Of a DNA stretch of 47,750 nt, positions 16,198 through 24,251 are shown one piece after another (positions within the stretch are counted from its first letter, which is position 1; the number at the start of each line of letters is the position of its first letter). Origin of the DNA: Gaiellaceae bacterium. GTDB taxonomy: Bacteria; Actinomycetota; Thermoleophilia; Gaiellales; Gaiellaceae. The notes under the pieces are model-generated. The model was not told where the DNA came from. It was given only the letters and a program-made list of their open reading frames with translations, and made no database searches. Both the position numbers and the translations under genes were made by a program. Location: positions 1 through 47,750 of the forward strand of contig DATKBA010000046.1 of NCBI GenBank assembly GCA_035514455.1, given 5' to 3'.

Positions 16198-18216
16198 ATG
16201 TCGCACGACACCGACAAGCTGATCCGCCAGCTCTCGCTGGTCGCGTTCCTGATGGCCGAGCGGCGCCCGCTCACGGCCCGTGACGTGAAGGGGAACGTCG
16301 AGGGCTACTCCGAGATGTCCGACGAGGCGTTCGCGCGCCGCTTCTACTCCGACCGCGCCGAGCTGATCGCGCTCGGCGTCCCTCTCCACTCGCAGCGGGA
16401 CGAGTTCACCGGCGAGGAGCTGTACACGCTCCGCTCGGAGAACTACTTCCTGGACGAGCTGCGCCTCGACGACGACGAGCTCGCCGCGCTCCAGACGGCG
16501 CTCTACATGCTCGAGGGGACGTTCGCCTACGCCGAGCCGCTCCGGCTCGCGCTCCAGAACCTCGCGCTCGGCCGGCCGGGCTTCGACGACGCGCCCACGG
16601 AGACCGCGGCGAGCGTCCAGGTGCGCGACCCGGACTACTCGCCCGAGATGGCGGGTCGGCTCTCCAAGCTCGAGTCGGCGCTCTCGAAGCAGCGCACGAT
16701 CAAGTTCGCGTACTGGTCGCCGCGCCGCGACCAGGTCCGCGAGCGCACGCTCAACCCCTACGCGCTCCGGCGCGACCGCGGCACGTGGTACGTCGTCGGC
16801 CACGACCTCGACCACGACGCGGTGCGCACGTTCAGGGTCTCCCGGATTCGCAGCGACATCCGCTTCGCGACGAGGCGCGAGCGCGACTTCCGGCTGCCCG
16901 AGGGCTTCGACGTCGAGCAGCACCGGGTCGGCGAGGAGTGGCAGCACGGCCCCGTGCGCGGCACGGCCAAGGTCGAGGTGAACGGCGACACGGCCTGGTG
17001 GGTGCACCGCACGCTCAGCGACGCCGGGGCGCTCGTGGACGGCGTCTTCGAGACGGAGTACGCCGCGATCGAGCCGCTCGCCGGCTGGGTGCTGCGCCAG
17101 AACGGCCGCGCCGTCCCGCTCGAGCCGGAAGAGTTGCGCGCCGCCTGCGCCGAGGGCCTGCGGCGCGTTCGCGGGGCCCACGAGGGCGACCCGCCCAAGC
17201 TCGCGCGCGAGAAGGCCGTCGCCGCCCCGGAGCCCGGCTCCGAGCGGCCTGCCCCGCCCGTGGCGCCCGAGCGCTTCGCCGTCCTCCAGGCGCTGCTCGC
17301 CTACCTGCTCGCGGCCTGCGGCGACGGCCGCGACGCCCGCCTCGACGCCGACGACCTCGCGGCGCGCTTCCACATCCCGCGCGAGGATCTCCAGGACCAT
17401 CTCTCCCTGCTCAACCTCGTCAACTTCGGCGGCGGCTGCTACACGGTCTACGCCGAGCTGGAGGGCGACTCGGTGCGCGTCGACAAGGAGCTCTACGGCG
17501 ACGTCTTCCGGCTCGCGCCCCGTCTCACCCCGCTGGAGGCGCGCGCAATCAGGCTCGCGCTCGACATCGTCGGCCCTTCGATCGCGGCCCAGGTGCACAC
17601 GCCGCTCGACCGGGTGCGGAAGAAGCTCGAGGAGACGTTCGGCCAGTTCGAGGACCACCACGCGCCCGAGCCGCACGGCGCGGGCGACGAGGAGCAGCTC
17701 GTGGCGACGCTCTCGGACGCGATCGAGCAGCGCCGGGTCGTCGCGATCGACTACCTCAAGGACGGCGAGGAGAAGCCGTCCGGGCGGCTGATCGAGCCCT
17801 ACTCGTTCGAGCGGGTGCTGCCGCACTGGCTGATCCACTCCTGGGACCGCTCGTCCGGCGGCGAGCGCTCGTTCCGGCTCGACCGCATGCGCTCGGCGCG
17901 GCTGACGGACGAGACGTTCGAGCCGCGCGAGGGCTTCGACCCCCACTTCCTCCAGGACACGCGGCCGGTGCGCGTCCGGTACGGGAAGCCGGTCGCCCGC
18001 TACCGGATCGAGAAGGGCGCCGTCCCGCTCACCGACGGCTCGGCGCTTACGACGCTGCGGGCCGGGCGGCGCGGGGAGTGGTTGGTTTCGGAGATCCTCG
18101 CCGACCGCGGCGAGGCGGTCGTGATCGAGCCCGAGGAGCTCCGGCCCGTGATCGCGAAGCGCGCTGCGCAGCTCCTCCGCGAGCTCCGGCTGACGCGCGT
18201 CAAGCTGCCGGGCTAG
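16198..18216 (+). CDS. pafBC: Fused PafB-PafC WYL-domain transcriptional regulator
   Basis: 672 aa made of two tandem HTH-WYL-WCX units. The first contains KLIRQLSLVAFL...RTLNPYALRRDRGTWYVVGHD...RTFRVSRI. The second contains FAVLQALLAYL...LIEPYSFERVLPHWLIHSWD...RSFRLDRM. Confidence 0.85.
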   Translation: MSHDTDKLIRQLSLVAFLMAERRPLTARDVKGNVEGYSEMSDEAFARRFYSDRAELIALGVPLHSQRDEFTGEELYTLRSENYFLDELRLDDDELAALQTALYMLEGTFAYAEPLRLALQNLALGRPGFDDAPTETAASVQVRDPDYSPEMAGRLSKLESALSKQRTIKFAYWSPRRDQVRERTLNPYALRRDRGTWYVVGHDLDHDAVRTFRVSRIRSDIRFATRRERDFRLPEGFDVEQHRVGEEWQHGPVRGTAKVEVNGDTAWWVHRTLSDAGALVDGVFETEYAAIEPLAGWVLRQNGRAVPLEPEELRAACAEGLRRVRGAHEGDPPKLAREKAVAAPEPGSERPAPPVAPERFAVLQALLAYLLAACGDGRDARLDADDLAARFHIPREDLQDHLSLLNLVNFGGGCYTVYAELEGDSVRVDKELYGDVFRLAPRLTPLEARAIRLALDIVGPSIAAQVHTPLDRVRKKLEETFGQFEDHHAPEPHGAGDEEQLVATLSDAIEQRRVVAIDYLKDGEEKPSGRLIEPYSFERVLPHWLIHSWDRSSGGERSFRLDRMRSARLTDETFEPREGFDPHFLQDTRPVRVRYGKPVARYRIEKGAVPLTDGSALTTLRAGRRGEWLVSEILADRGEAVVIEPEELRPVIAKRAAQLLRELRLTRVKLPG

Positions 18217-19970
18217 GCAGCCGGCAGCCGGAGCGTGAAGGTCGCCCCCTCGCCGGGGCTCGACTCGACCGCGAGCGAGCCGCCGTGGGCCTCGGCGAAC
18301 GACCGCGAGAGGAAGAGCCCGAGCCCCGTGCCGGGCCTGGCGGTCCCGGCCACGCGGCCGAACTTCTCGAAGATCTGGCTGTGGTGCTCGGGCCGGATTC
18401 CCTGGCCGAAGTCGCACACGCGGACGATCACGTGCCCGTCGTCCGCATGGGCCTCGACGCGCACCTCGCCGCCCGAGTCCGAGTACTTGATCGCGTTCGA
18501 GATCAGGTTGTCGACGAGCTGGCGGAGGCGGTCGGCGTCGCCCCGGACGCCGAGCGAAGGCGCCAGCTCGGCGCTGAGGCGGACCTCGTCCTGACCGAGC
18601 TCCGCCGCCGCGACCGAGTCGCGGACGACCTCGGCCAGGTCGACGTCCGAGAAGTGGTAGCTGAACGTCCCCGCCTCGATCCGCGACGTGTCCAGCACGT
18701 CGCCGACGAGCGCCGCCAGCCGCGTCGTCTCGTCGGCGATCACCGCCAGAAACGCCTCGCGCTGGTCGGGACGGAGCTCGCGCCAGCGCTGCTGGAGCGT
18801 ACGCGCCGAGCCGATCACCGCGGCCATCGGGCTGCGCAGCTCATGGGAGACGAGCGAGACGAAGTCGGCGCGCAGCGAGGACAGCCGCCGCAGCTCCTCC
18901 GCAGTGGCGCGCTCGGCCTCGTAGGTGCGCAGGTTCTGGACGGCGGTCGCGACGAGCCTTCCCAGCAGCGTCAGCAGCTCGATCTCCTCCCGGCGAAACG
19001 CATCCGGGTCGGCCCGCGAGAGGGCGAGCGCGCCGATCGAGCGCGTGCCGAGCTGCAGCGGCGCGAGCGCGCGCGAGCGGAGGCCGAGCGCGAGCAGACT
19101 CTCCTCCTCGGGGTATTGCAGGTCGGCGATGTCGGCCCGGTAGACCGTCCTCCCCTCTCCGATCACCTCCTCGAGGATCGAGTCGGCGACGCCGATCGAG
19201 CTCCCCGGGGGGAGAAAGTCGCTCGCGCCGACCCCGGCGGTGGCCATCACGCGCGCGCCGCCCGCCTCGACGAGCAGGATCGCGGCGCGGTCGAAGTCCA
19301 GCAGTCCGCGCAACTCCTGCACGAAGGCCTTGAAGGCGGAGTCGAGGTCGAGCGACGACCCGAGCGCCCGGGCCGTGCGGCTCGTCGCCTCGAGGACGTC
19401 GATTCTGCGCCCCAACTCGTCGCGGAGGCGCTCCGCCTCCTCGGCGCGGGCTTCCGCGCGCTGCGCCTGCCCCCGCTCCATGTCGACGAGCCGGCCGACG
19501 ATGCCGCCGAGGGCGAGCGCGACGACGACGCGGAGGACGAAGGAGTCGTACTGGACGCCGACGCCGAACTGGTCCTCGCGCCAGAGCTCCAGCAACAGGA
19601 GGACCGGCGCGGCGAGCGCGCCGACGAAGAGGCCGCCGCGCAGGCGGAAGAACAGCGCCGCCTCGAGGACGACGAGGAAGTGGAGCGCTCGCAGCTCCTG
19701 CGCGGGCTCCCAGGCGAAGACCAGCATCAGCGCCGACGCGAGAGCGATGTCCGCGACGACGTTGAGGGCCGCTAGGCCGCGCAGGCGGCGGCGCCACCAC
19801 TGGGCGAGGCCGAGCAGCGCCAGCGCCACCGCCGCCTGCGCGCCGAGCAGGGTCCAGGCGGCGGCCTCGTACTCCGCGGACGGGAAGGCGTCCCGGTCGA
19901 GCAGGATCTTCGCCAGCGCGAGCGGCACGAGCGCCAGGCGGACGACGGCCAGGATGCGGATCAGCCTCAT
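18213..19970 (-). CDS. Membrane GAF-domain sensor histidine kinase
   Basis: Starts MRLIRILAVV, has about 5 TM segments, a GAF-like region, the H-box SHELRSPMAAV and an HATPase domain (DFGQGI...GTGLGLFLSRS). ATG 19970 overlaps the queG stop (ATGA). Confidence 0.88.
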   Translation of the reverse strand: MRLIRILAVVRLALVPLALAKILLDRDAFPSAEYEAAAWTLLGAQAAVALALLGLAQWWRRRLRGLAALNVVADIALASALMLVFAWEPAQELRALHFLVVLEAALFFRLRGGLFVGALAAPVLLLLELWREDQFGVGVQYDSFVLRVVVALALGGIVGRLVDMERGQAQRAEARAEEAERLRDELGRRIDVLEATSRTARALGSSLDLDSAFKAFVQELRGLLDFDRAAILLVEAGGARVMATAGVGASDFLPPGSSIGVADSILEEVIGEGRTVYRADIADLQYPEEESLLALGLRSRALAPLQLGTRSIGALALSRADPDAFRREEIELLTLLGRLVATAVQNLRTYEAERATAEELRRLSSLRADFVSLVSHELRSPMAAVIGSARTLQQRWRELRPDQREAFLAVIADETTRLAALVGDVLDTSRIEAGTFSYHFSDVDLAEVVRDSVAAAELGQDEVRLSAELAPSLGVRGDADRLRQLVDNLISNAIKYSDSGGEVRVEAHADDGHVIVRVCDFGQGIRPEHHSQIFEKFGRVAGTARPGTGLGLFLSRSFAEAHGGSLAVESSPGEGATFTLRLPAA

Positions 19971-20974
19971 GCGCCGTCCCGCTCGTCGATCCGGGCGAGC
20001 GCCCAGCGGGCGTGCTCCGCCAGCATCTCGTCGCCGCTCTCCGCGTAGGGCTCCACGGCCGCGCGCTCGGCGGGCCTGCCGGCGTTGCCGGCGGCGACGA
20101 GCGCGTTCCGGCGCAGCCAGCGCGGGTCGTTGCGGGGCACGTACAGGCGGTCGTAGCGCCGGACCAGCTCGTCGCCGTCCGACTCGAGCCAGTCGAGGAG
20201 CGAGACCGACGGCTCGGCTCCTTCGGGCGGCGTGGTGCCCGCGCGCCGCTTCTCGACGCCCCGGTTCCACGGACAGACGTCCTGGCAGATGTCGCAGCCG
20301 TAGACGAGGGCGCCGAGCTCCTCGCGGTAGGGCTCGGGGATCGCGGCGGGCGCCTGCGTCCAGTAGGAGAGGCAGCGGGCCGAGTCGAGGACGCCCGGCT
20401 CGGCGAGCGCATCGGTCGGGCAGGCGTCCAGGCAGAGCGTGCAGGAGCCGCAGCCCGCCTCCAGCGGCGCCGACGGCTCGACCTCCCGGTCGGAGACGAG
20501 CGTGCCGAGCACGACCCACGAGCCGTGCCGCCTCGTGATCGCGAGCGTGTTCTTCCCGTAGAACGCGATACCCGCGCGCACGGCGCCCTCGCGGTCGACG
20601 TGGTCGTTCTCGTCGACGAGGACGCGGTACGAGCCGCCCAGCCGCCGGCCGAGCTCGTCGAGCTTCGCCCGCAGCTCGGCGTAGCGGTCGGACCAGGTGT
20701 AGCGCGCGAGCCGGCCCTCCCCGGGGCCCGGCCCCGGCGCGGGCGCGTAGTAGCAGAGCGCCGCGGAGACGACCGTCCGCGCGCCCGGGAGCAGGTCCTC
20801 CGGATGGCAGGAGATCTCGGGGCGGCGCGTCGTGAAGCCCATCGTCGCGAAGAGGCCGCGCGCCTTGCGCTCCCGGATGTGACGCTCCGTCTCCTGGTAC
20901 GGCTTGGCCGGGGCGGCGCCGACGGCGTCGAGGCCGAGCTCGGCGGCCACGCGTTCCAGCTCGGCAGATGTCAT
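19967..20974 (-). CDS. queG: Epoxyqueuosine reductase
   Basis: CGSCTLCLDACPTDA and CDICQDVCPWN ferredoxin motifs and a C-terminal HEAT-like tail. Starts MTSAELERVAAELG at ATG 20974. Confidence 0.9.
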   Translation of the reverse strand: MTSAELERVAAELGLDAVGAAPAKPYQETERHIRERKARGLFATMGFTTRRPEISCHPEDLLPGARTVVSAALCYYAPAPGPGPGEGRLARYTWSDRYAELRAKLDELGRRLGGSYRVLVDENDHVDREGAVRAGIAFYGKNTLAITRRHGSWVVLGTLVSDREVEPSAPLEAGCGSCTLCLDACPTDALAEPGVLDSARCLSYWTQAPAAIPEPYREELGALVYGCDICQDVCPWNRGVEKRRAGTTPPEGAEPSVSLLDWLESDGDELVRRYDRLYVPRNDPRWLRRNALVAAGNAGRPAERAAVEPYAESGDEMLAEHARWALARIDERDGA

Positions 20975-20990
20975 GACAGGATTGTGCCCC

Positions 20991-21944
20991 GTGAAGGCGA
21001 TCCGCATCCACGAGGACGGTGGCCCGGAGGTGCTGCGGTACGAGGACGCTCCCGACCCCGTCGCAGGGCCGGGCGAGGTGCTCGTCTCGCTGCGGGCGGC
21101 CTCGGTCAACCATCTCGACCTCTGGGTTCGCAAGGGGCTCCCTTCGGTGCCGAAGCCGCGCATCCTCGGCGCGGACGGCTCGGGCTTGCGGGTCGACACC
21201 GGCGAGCGCGTCGTGATCAACCCCGGTCTCGAGCACGGCGCGGTGATCACGGTCGTCGGCGAGCACACCGACGGGACGCACGCGGAGCTGATTGCGGTGC
21301 CGGAGGAGAACGTCTTCCCGCTCGACGACGCGCTCGACTTCGAGACCGCGGCTGCGTTCCCGCTCGTCTTCGAGACCGCGTACCGGATGCTCGTGACGAA
21401 GGCCGGGCTCCGGGACGGCGAGTGGGTGCTGATCTGGGGCATCGGCGGCGGCGTCGCGACGGCAGCGTTCGAGATCGCGCGCACGCTCGGGGCGCGGACG
21501 CTCGTCACCTCCGGCTCGGATGCGAAGCTCGAGCGGGCCCGCGAGTGGGGCGCCGACCTCGCCGTCAACCACGCGACGGGTGACGTCGTCGCCGCGGCGA
21601 AGGAGGCGGGCGGGATCGACGTCGTCGTCGAGACCGTCGGCGAGGCGACGTGGGCACGTTCGCTCGCCGCGGTCAAGCCGGGCGGCCGGGTCACCGTGTG
21701 CGGCGCGACGAGCGGGCCGAACCCGCCGGCGCAGCTGCACCGCTTCTGGTGGAAGCAGCTGACCGTCTACGGCTCGACGATGGGCACGCGCGACGACTTC
21801 CTCGGCGCCTACGAGCTCGTGCGGAGCGGGCAGGCGCGTGTGCACGTCGACTCGACCTTCCCGCTCTCCGAGGCCCGCGCGGCCCACGAGCGGATGGAGC
21901 GGGCCGAGCAGCTCGGCAAGATCGTGCTGACGATTCCCGAGTAG
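20991..21944 (+). CDS. Zinc-type alcohol dehydrogenase / quinone oxidoreductase (MDR family)
   Basis: VKAIRIHEDGGPEVL..., a GIGGGVATAAFEIA nucleotide-binding loop, and a C-terminal GKIVLTI. I prefer GTG 20991 because ATG 20973 would overlap the divergent queG start. Confidence 0.88.
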   Translation: MKAIRIHEDGGPEVLRYEDAPDPVAGPGEVLVSLRAASVNHLDLWVRKGLPSVPKPRILGADGSGLRVDTGERVVINPGLEHGAVITVVGEHTDGTHAELIAVPEENVFPLDDALDFETAAAFPLVFETAYRMLVTKAGLRDGEWVLIWGIGGGVATAAFEIARTLGARTLVTSGSDAKLERAREWGADLAVNHATGDVVAAAKEAGGIDVVVETVGEATWARSLAAVKPGGRVTVCGATSGPNPPAQLHRFWWKQLTVYGSTMGTRDDFLGAYELVRSGQARVHVDSTFPLSEARAAHERMERAEQLGKIVLTIPE

Positions 21945-21947
21945 GGC

Positions 21948-22247
21948 TTACCCGAAGCCGAGGATGAACTTCGCGTCGTCGGACATCTTGTCCGGCGTCC
22001 ACGGCGGATCGAAGGTCAGCTCGACCTCGACCTCCTCCACGCCCTCGACCGCGGCGGCCGCCTCGTGGATCGACTCCTGGATCATCTGGCCAGCCGGGCA
22101 GCCCATCGAGGTGAGGGTGTGGATCACCTTCACCTTGGGGCCGTCGATCTCGACGTCGTAGAAGAGGCCGAGCTCGACGATGTCCATCCCGAGCTCCGGG
22201 TCCTCGACCGTGTGCAGCGCCTCGACGATCTCCTCGCGGGTTGCCAT
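21948..22247 (-). CDS. DUF59 / SufT-like Fe-S assembly protein
   Basis: MATREEIVEALHTVEDPELGMDIVELGL...TLTSMGCPAG...PPWTPDKMSD is the canonical DUF59 (MIP18) pattern. I prefer ATG 22247 over the track GTG 22280. Confidence 0.85.
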   Translation of the reverse strand: MATREEIVEALHTVEDPELGMDIVELGLFYDVEIDGPKVKVIHTLTSMGCPAGQMIQESIHEAAAAVEGVEEVEVELTFDPPWTPDKMSDDAKFILGFG

Positions 22248-22265
22248 GGGCCCGAGTGTAGCCAA

Positions 22266-22280
22266 GTGACACAGCGTCAC
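22266..22280. promoter_or_regulatory. Palindrome GTGAC-N5-GTCAC, copy 1, 19 nt upstream of the DUF59 gene start
   Basis: GTGACACAGCGTCAC read directly from the sequence. It has the same half-sites as the larger palindrome at 22332-22360. Confidence 0.35.
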
Positions 22281-22331
22281 TAGCCTCTCGGCCCGCCCGA
22301 ACGGCTTCGTTGCGCGCGACGAAGACGAAAG

Positions 22332-22360
22332 AGCGCTTGTGACACTGTGTCACAAGCGCT
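22332..22360. promoter_or_regulatory. 29-bp perfect palindrome AGCGCTTGTGACAC-T-GTGTCACAAGCGCT (operator or terminator hairpin) at the 3' end of glpX
   Basis: 14-bp arms around a single central nucleotide. It contains GTGAC-N5-GTCAC and abuts the glpX stop codon at 22360-22362. Confidence 0.45.
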
Positions 22361-23334
22361 CAACCGAGCAGGCGGACCTCTTCCTTCCGGTCGCGGGCGA
22401 AGAAGTGGATGCTCTCGGTGAAGCGCACCCAGTTGCAGCGCATGCACATCACGAGCGAATGGGTGCGCGCGCTGTCGGCGAGGAAGCGGACGCCGCGGAG
22501 CAGGTCGCCGTTCGAGACGCCCGTGGCGACGACGATCACGTCGCCCGAGGCGAGGTCGTCGGAGGAGAAGACGCGGTTGACGTCGTCGATCCCGTGCGCG
22601 GCCGCGTCCTCGATCTCGCTGCGGGTCGTCGGCCAGAGCTGCGCCTGCAGCTCGCCGCCAAGGCAGCGGAGCGCCGCCGCGGAGAGGATCGCCTGCCGCG
22701 TGCCGCCGATCCCGACCGCGAGGTGGTCGTTGGTGCCGCGGATCGCGGCCGAGATCGACGCGGTCACGTCGCCGTCCTGGATCAGCTTGATCCGCGCGCC
22801 GGCGGCACGGATCTCTTCGATCAGGTCGTGATGGCGAGGCCGGTCGAGCACGAGCGCGGTGATGTCGTTCGTGTTCCGGCCGAACGCCTTGGCGATCGCG
22901 TCGACGTTGTCCGCCATCGGCCGGACGAGGTCGATCCGGCCGCGGGCCCGCGGGCCGACGGCCATCCGGCGCATGTACATGTCGGGCAGCCGCAGGAGCG
23001 AGCCGGGCGAGCCGACCGCGATCATCGACATCGCGCCGTTGCCTCCCCGCGCAACGACGCCGCGTCCCTCCAACGGGTCGACTGCGAGGTCGACCGCCTC
23101 GCCGCCGGCGCCGATCTCGGTGCCGGCCGGGAGCAGCTCGCCGTCCTCCGGCCCGATGACGACCGTGCCGGAGATCGGCAGCTGCGAGAGGCCGGCCAGC
23201 AGCGCTCCCTCGGCTGCGTCCTCGGCGGCGTCCTGGTCGTCCCGCCCGAGCCAGCGGGCGCCCGCGAGCGCCGCCCACTCCGTCGAGCGCGCGAACAACG
23301 CGCAGGGGCAGCCGACGAACGTGCCCTCGCTCAC
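22360..23334 (-). CDS. glpX: Class II fructose-1,6-bisphosphatase family protein (GlpX)
   Basis: AVDPLEGRG, LDRPRHHDLIEEIRAAGARIKLIQDGDV, GIGGT and ATGVSNGDLLRGVR align by eye with actinobacterial GlpX. GTG 23334 overlaps the upstream stop (GTGA). Confidence 0.88.
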   Translation of the reverse strand: MSEGTFVGCPCALFARSTEWAALAGARWLGRDDQDAAEDAAEGALLAGLSQLPISGTVVIGPEDGELLPAGTEIGAGGEAVDLAVDPLEGRGVVARGGNGAMSMIAVGSPGSLLRLPDMYMRRMAVGPRARGRIDLVRPMADNVDAIAKAFGRNTNDITALVLDRPRHHDLIEEIRAAGARIKLIQDGDVTASISAAIRGTNDHLAVGIGGTRQAILSAAALRCLGGELQAQLWPTTRSEIEDAAAHGIDDVNRVFSSDDLASGDVIVVATGVSNGDLLRGVRFLADSARTHSLVMCMRCNWVRFTESIHFFARDRKEEVRLLG

Positions 23335-24251
23335 CGCCGCACCCCCTCGGCGGCCCGCTCCGCCTGCTCGAGCACGAGGTTCATCACGGCCGCGACCGTG
23401 TCGCCGTGCCGCTCGTTCTCGATCACGGGAACATCGTTCCGGGCGGCGCGCTCGAGCAGGTACTCCTGGATCATCCGGATCTCCGGCAGGCCCTCGAGGT
23501 AGCGGTCGAACGGCCGCACCCCGTCCGAGGCGTCGTCGCGGATCCAGAAGTGAGTCCGGTGGATCTCCTCGTCCCGGATCGCGAGCACGCAGTGAACGAC
23601 GAGGGCGCCGCGTAGCTCCGTCGTGATCATCCCCGGGACGAGGTGCACGCCCTCGAGCACCATCGACCAGCCCTCGTCCAGGGCCCGCTGGAGCGCAGCC
23701 TCGACGCCGGTGAGGACGTTCCGCGTCTGGTCGAGGAACCCGAGCAGCGCCGCGTCGCCGGACTCCTCCTCCTCGGCCTTCGTCAGCCCGAGGCCCGCCT
23801 CGAAGCTCGAGTAGTGGATCGACGGCATGAACTCCTTCGCGAAGAACGCGCGCATCGTCTGGCGGACGAAGTCGGTGGACGTCACGCGCGTGATCCCGAG
23901 CCGGTAGGCGACCTCGGTCGCGACCGTCGACTTGCCGGTGCCGGTGCCGCCGCCGACGAGCAGGATCACGGGCAGGTCGAGCTCCTGCAGGTCGCGGTAG
24001 CGGCGCAGCTGGCGGACCGCCCAGGCGCCCTGATCGCCCCCGAGCAGGTCGGACGCGAGCTCGCGGAGGCGGTCGAGGTCGACGGAGACCTCGTCGCGCT
24101 GCGCGAGGTCGCTCTCGGTGCGCCGCGCGAGCTCGTACGCCTGGTCCGCACGGACCCCGACCGCGGTCAGCGCACGCGTGAGCACGCCCTTCGAGAACGG
24201 CGTCTCGCCGCTGCCGAGAAATCCCCGTTCGCCCTTCCGCTGCTCGCTCAC
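23331..24251 (-). CDS. 2-phosphoglycerate kinase-like P-loop kinase
   Basis: 306 aa with an N-terminal ATP-cone-like segment (PFSKGVLTRAL...AYELA), the Walker A motif LLVGGGTGTGKSTVA and TSTDFVRQ, as in the archaeal 2PGK family (COG2074). Assignment is from recollection and needs an HMM check. Confidence 0.72.
   Translation of the reverse strand: MSEQRKGERGFLGSGETPFSKGVLTRALTAVGVRADQAYELARRTESDLAQRDEVSVDLDRLRELASDLLGGDQGAWAVRQLRRYRDLQELDLPVILLVGGGTGTGKSTVATEVAYRLGITRVTSTDFVRQTMRAFFAKEFMPSIHYSSFEAGLGLTKAEEEESGDAALLGFLDQTRNVLTGVEAALQRALDEGWSMVLEGVHLVPGMITTELRGALVVHCVLAIRDEEIHRTHFWIRDDASDGVRPFDRYLEGLPEIRMIQEYLLERAARNDVPVIENERHGDTVAAVMNLVLEQAERAAEGVRR

Noticed and set aside
18213-18216. Convergent pafBC and GAF-kinase genes share a CTAG so that their stop codons overlap by 2 nt
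   Set aside because: This is real in the sequence, but it is a trivial consequence of TAG stops in a compact genome. I note it only because CTAG is also the boundary of the palindromic elements.
20904-20990. Upstream starts (20904, ATG 20973) for the MDR oxidoreductase
   Set aside because: They would overlap the divergently transcribed queG start codon (ATG 20974) and add a Ser/Ala/Arg-rich head. GTG 20991 gives the canonical MKAIR-type N-terminus.
15577-21887. Long ORFs 15577..18417 (minus, 946 aa), 16785..19775 (plus, 996 aa) and the N-terminal 640 aa of 18213..21887 (minus)
   Set aside because: These are shadows of pafBC, the GAF kinase, queG and the oxidoreductase. Their composition is dominated by R, A, G, P, D and E and no motifs are recognisable. 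The genuine genes in the same space have clear family signatures.
22332-22360. Reading the palindromes as CRP/GlxR (TGTGA-N6-TCACA) or Rex (TTGTGAA-N4-TTCACAA) operators
   Set aside because: The half-sites match (TTGTGA...TCACAA), but both copies have a 7-nt rather than 6-nt central spacer because the palindrome is centred on a single base. They therefore do not fit either consensus geometry. I kept them only as an unassigned operator or terminator candidate.
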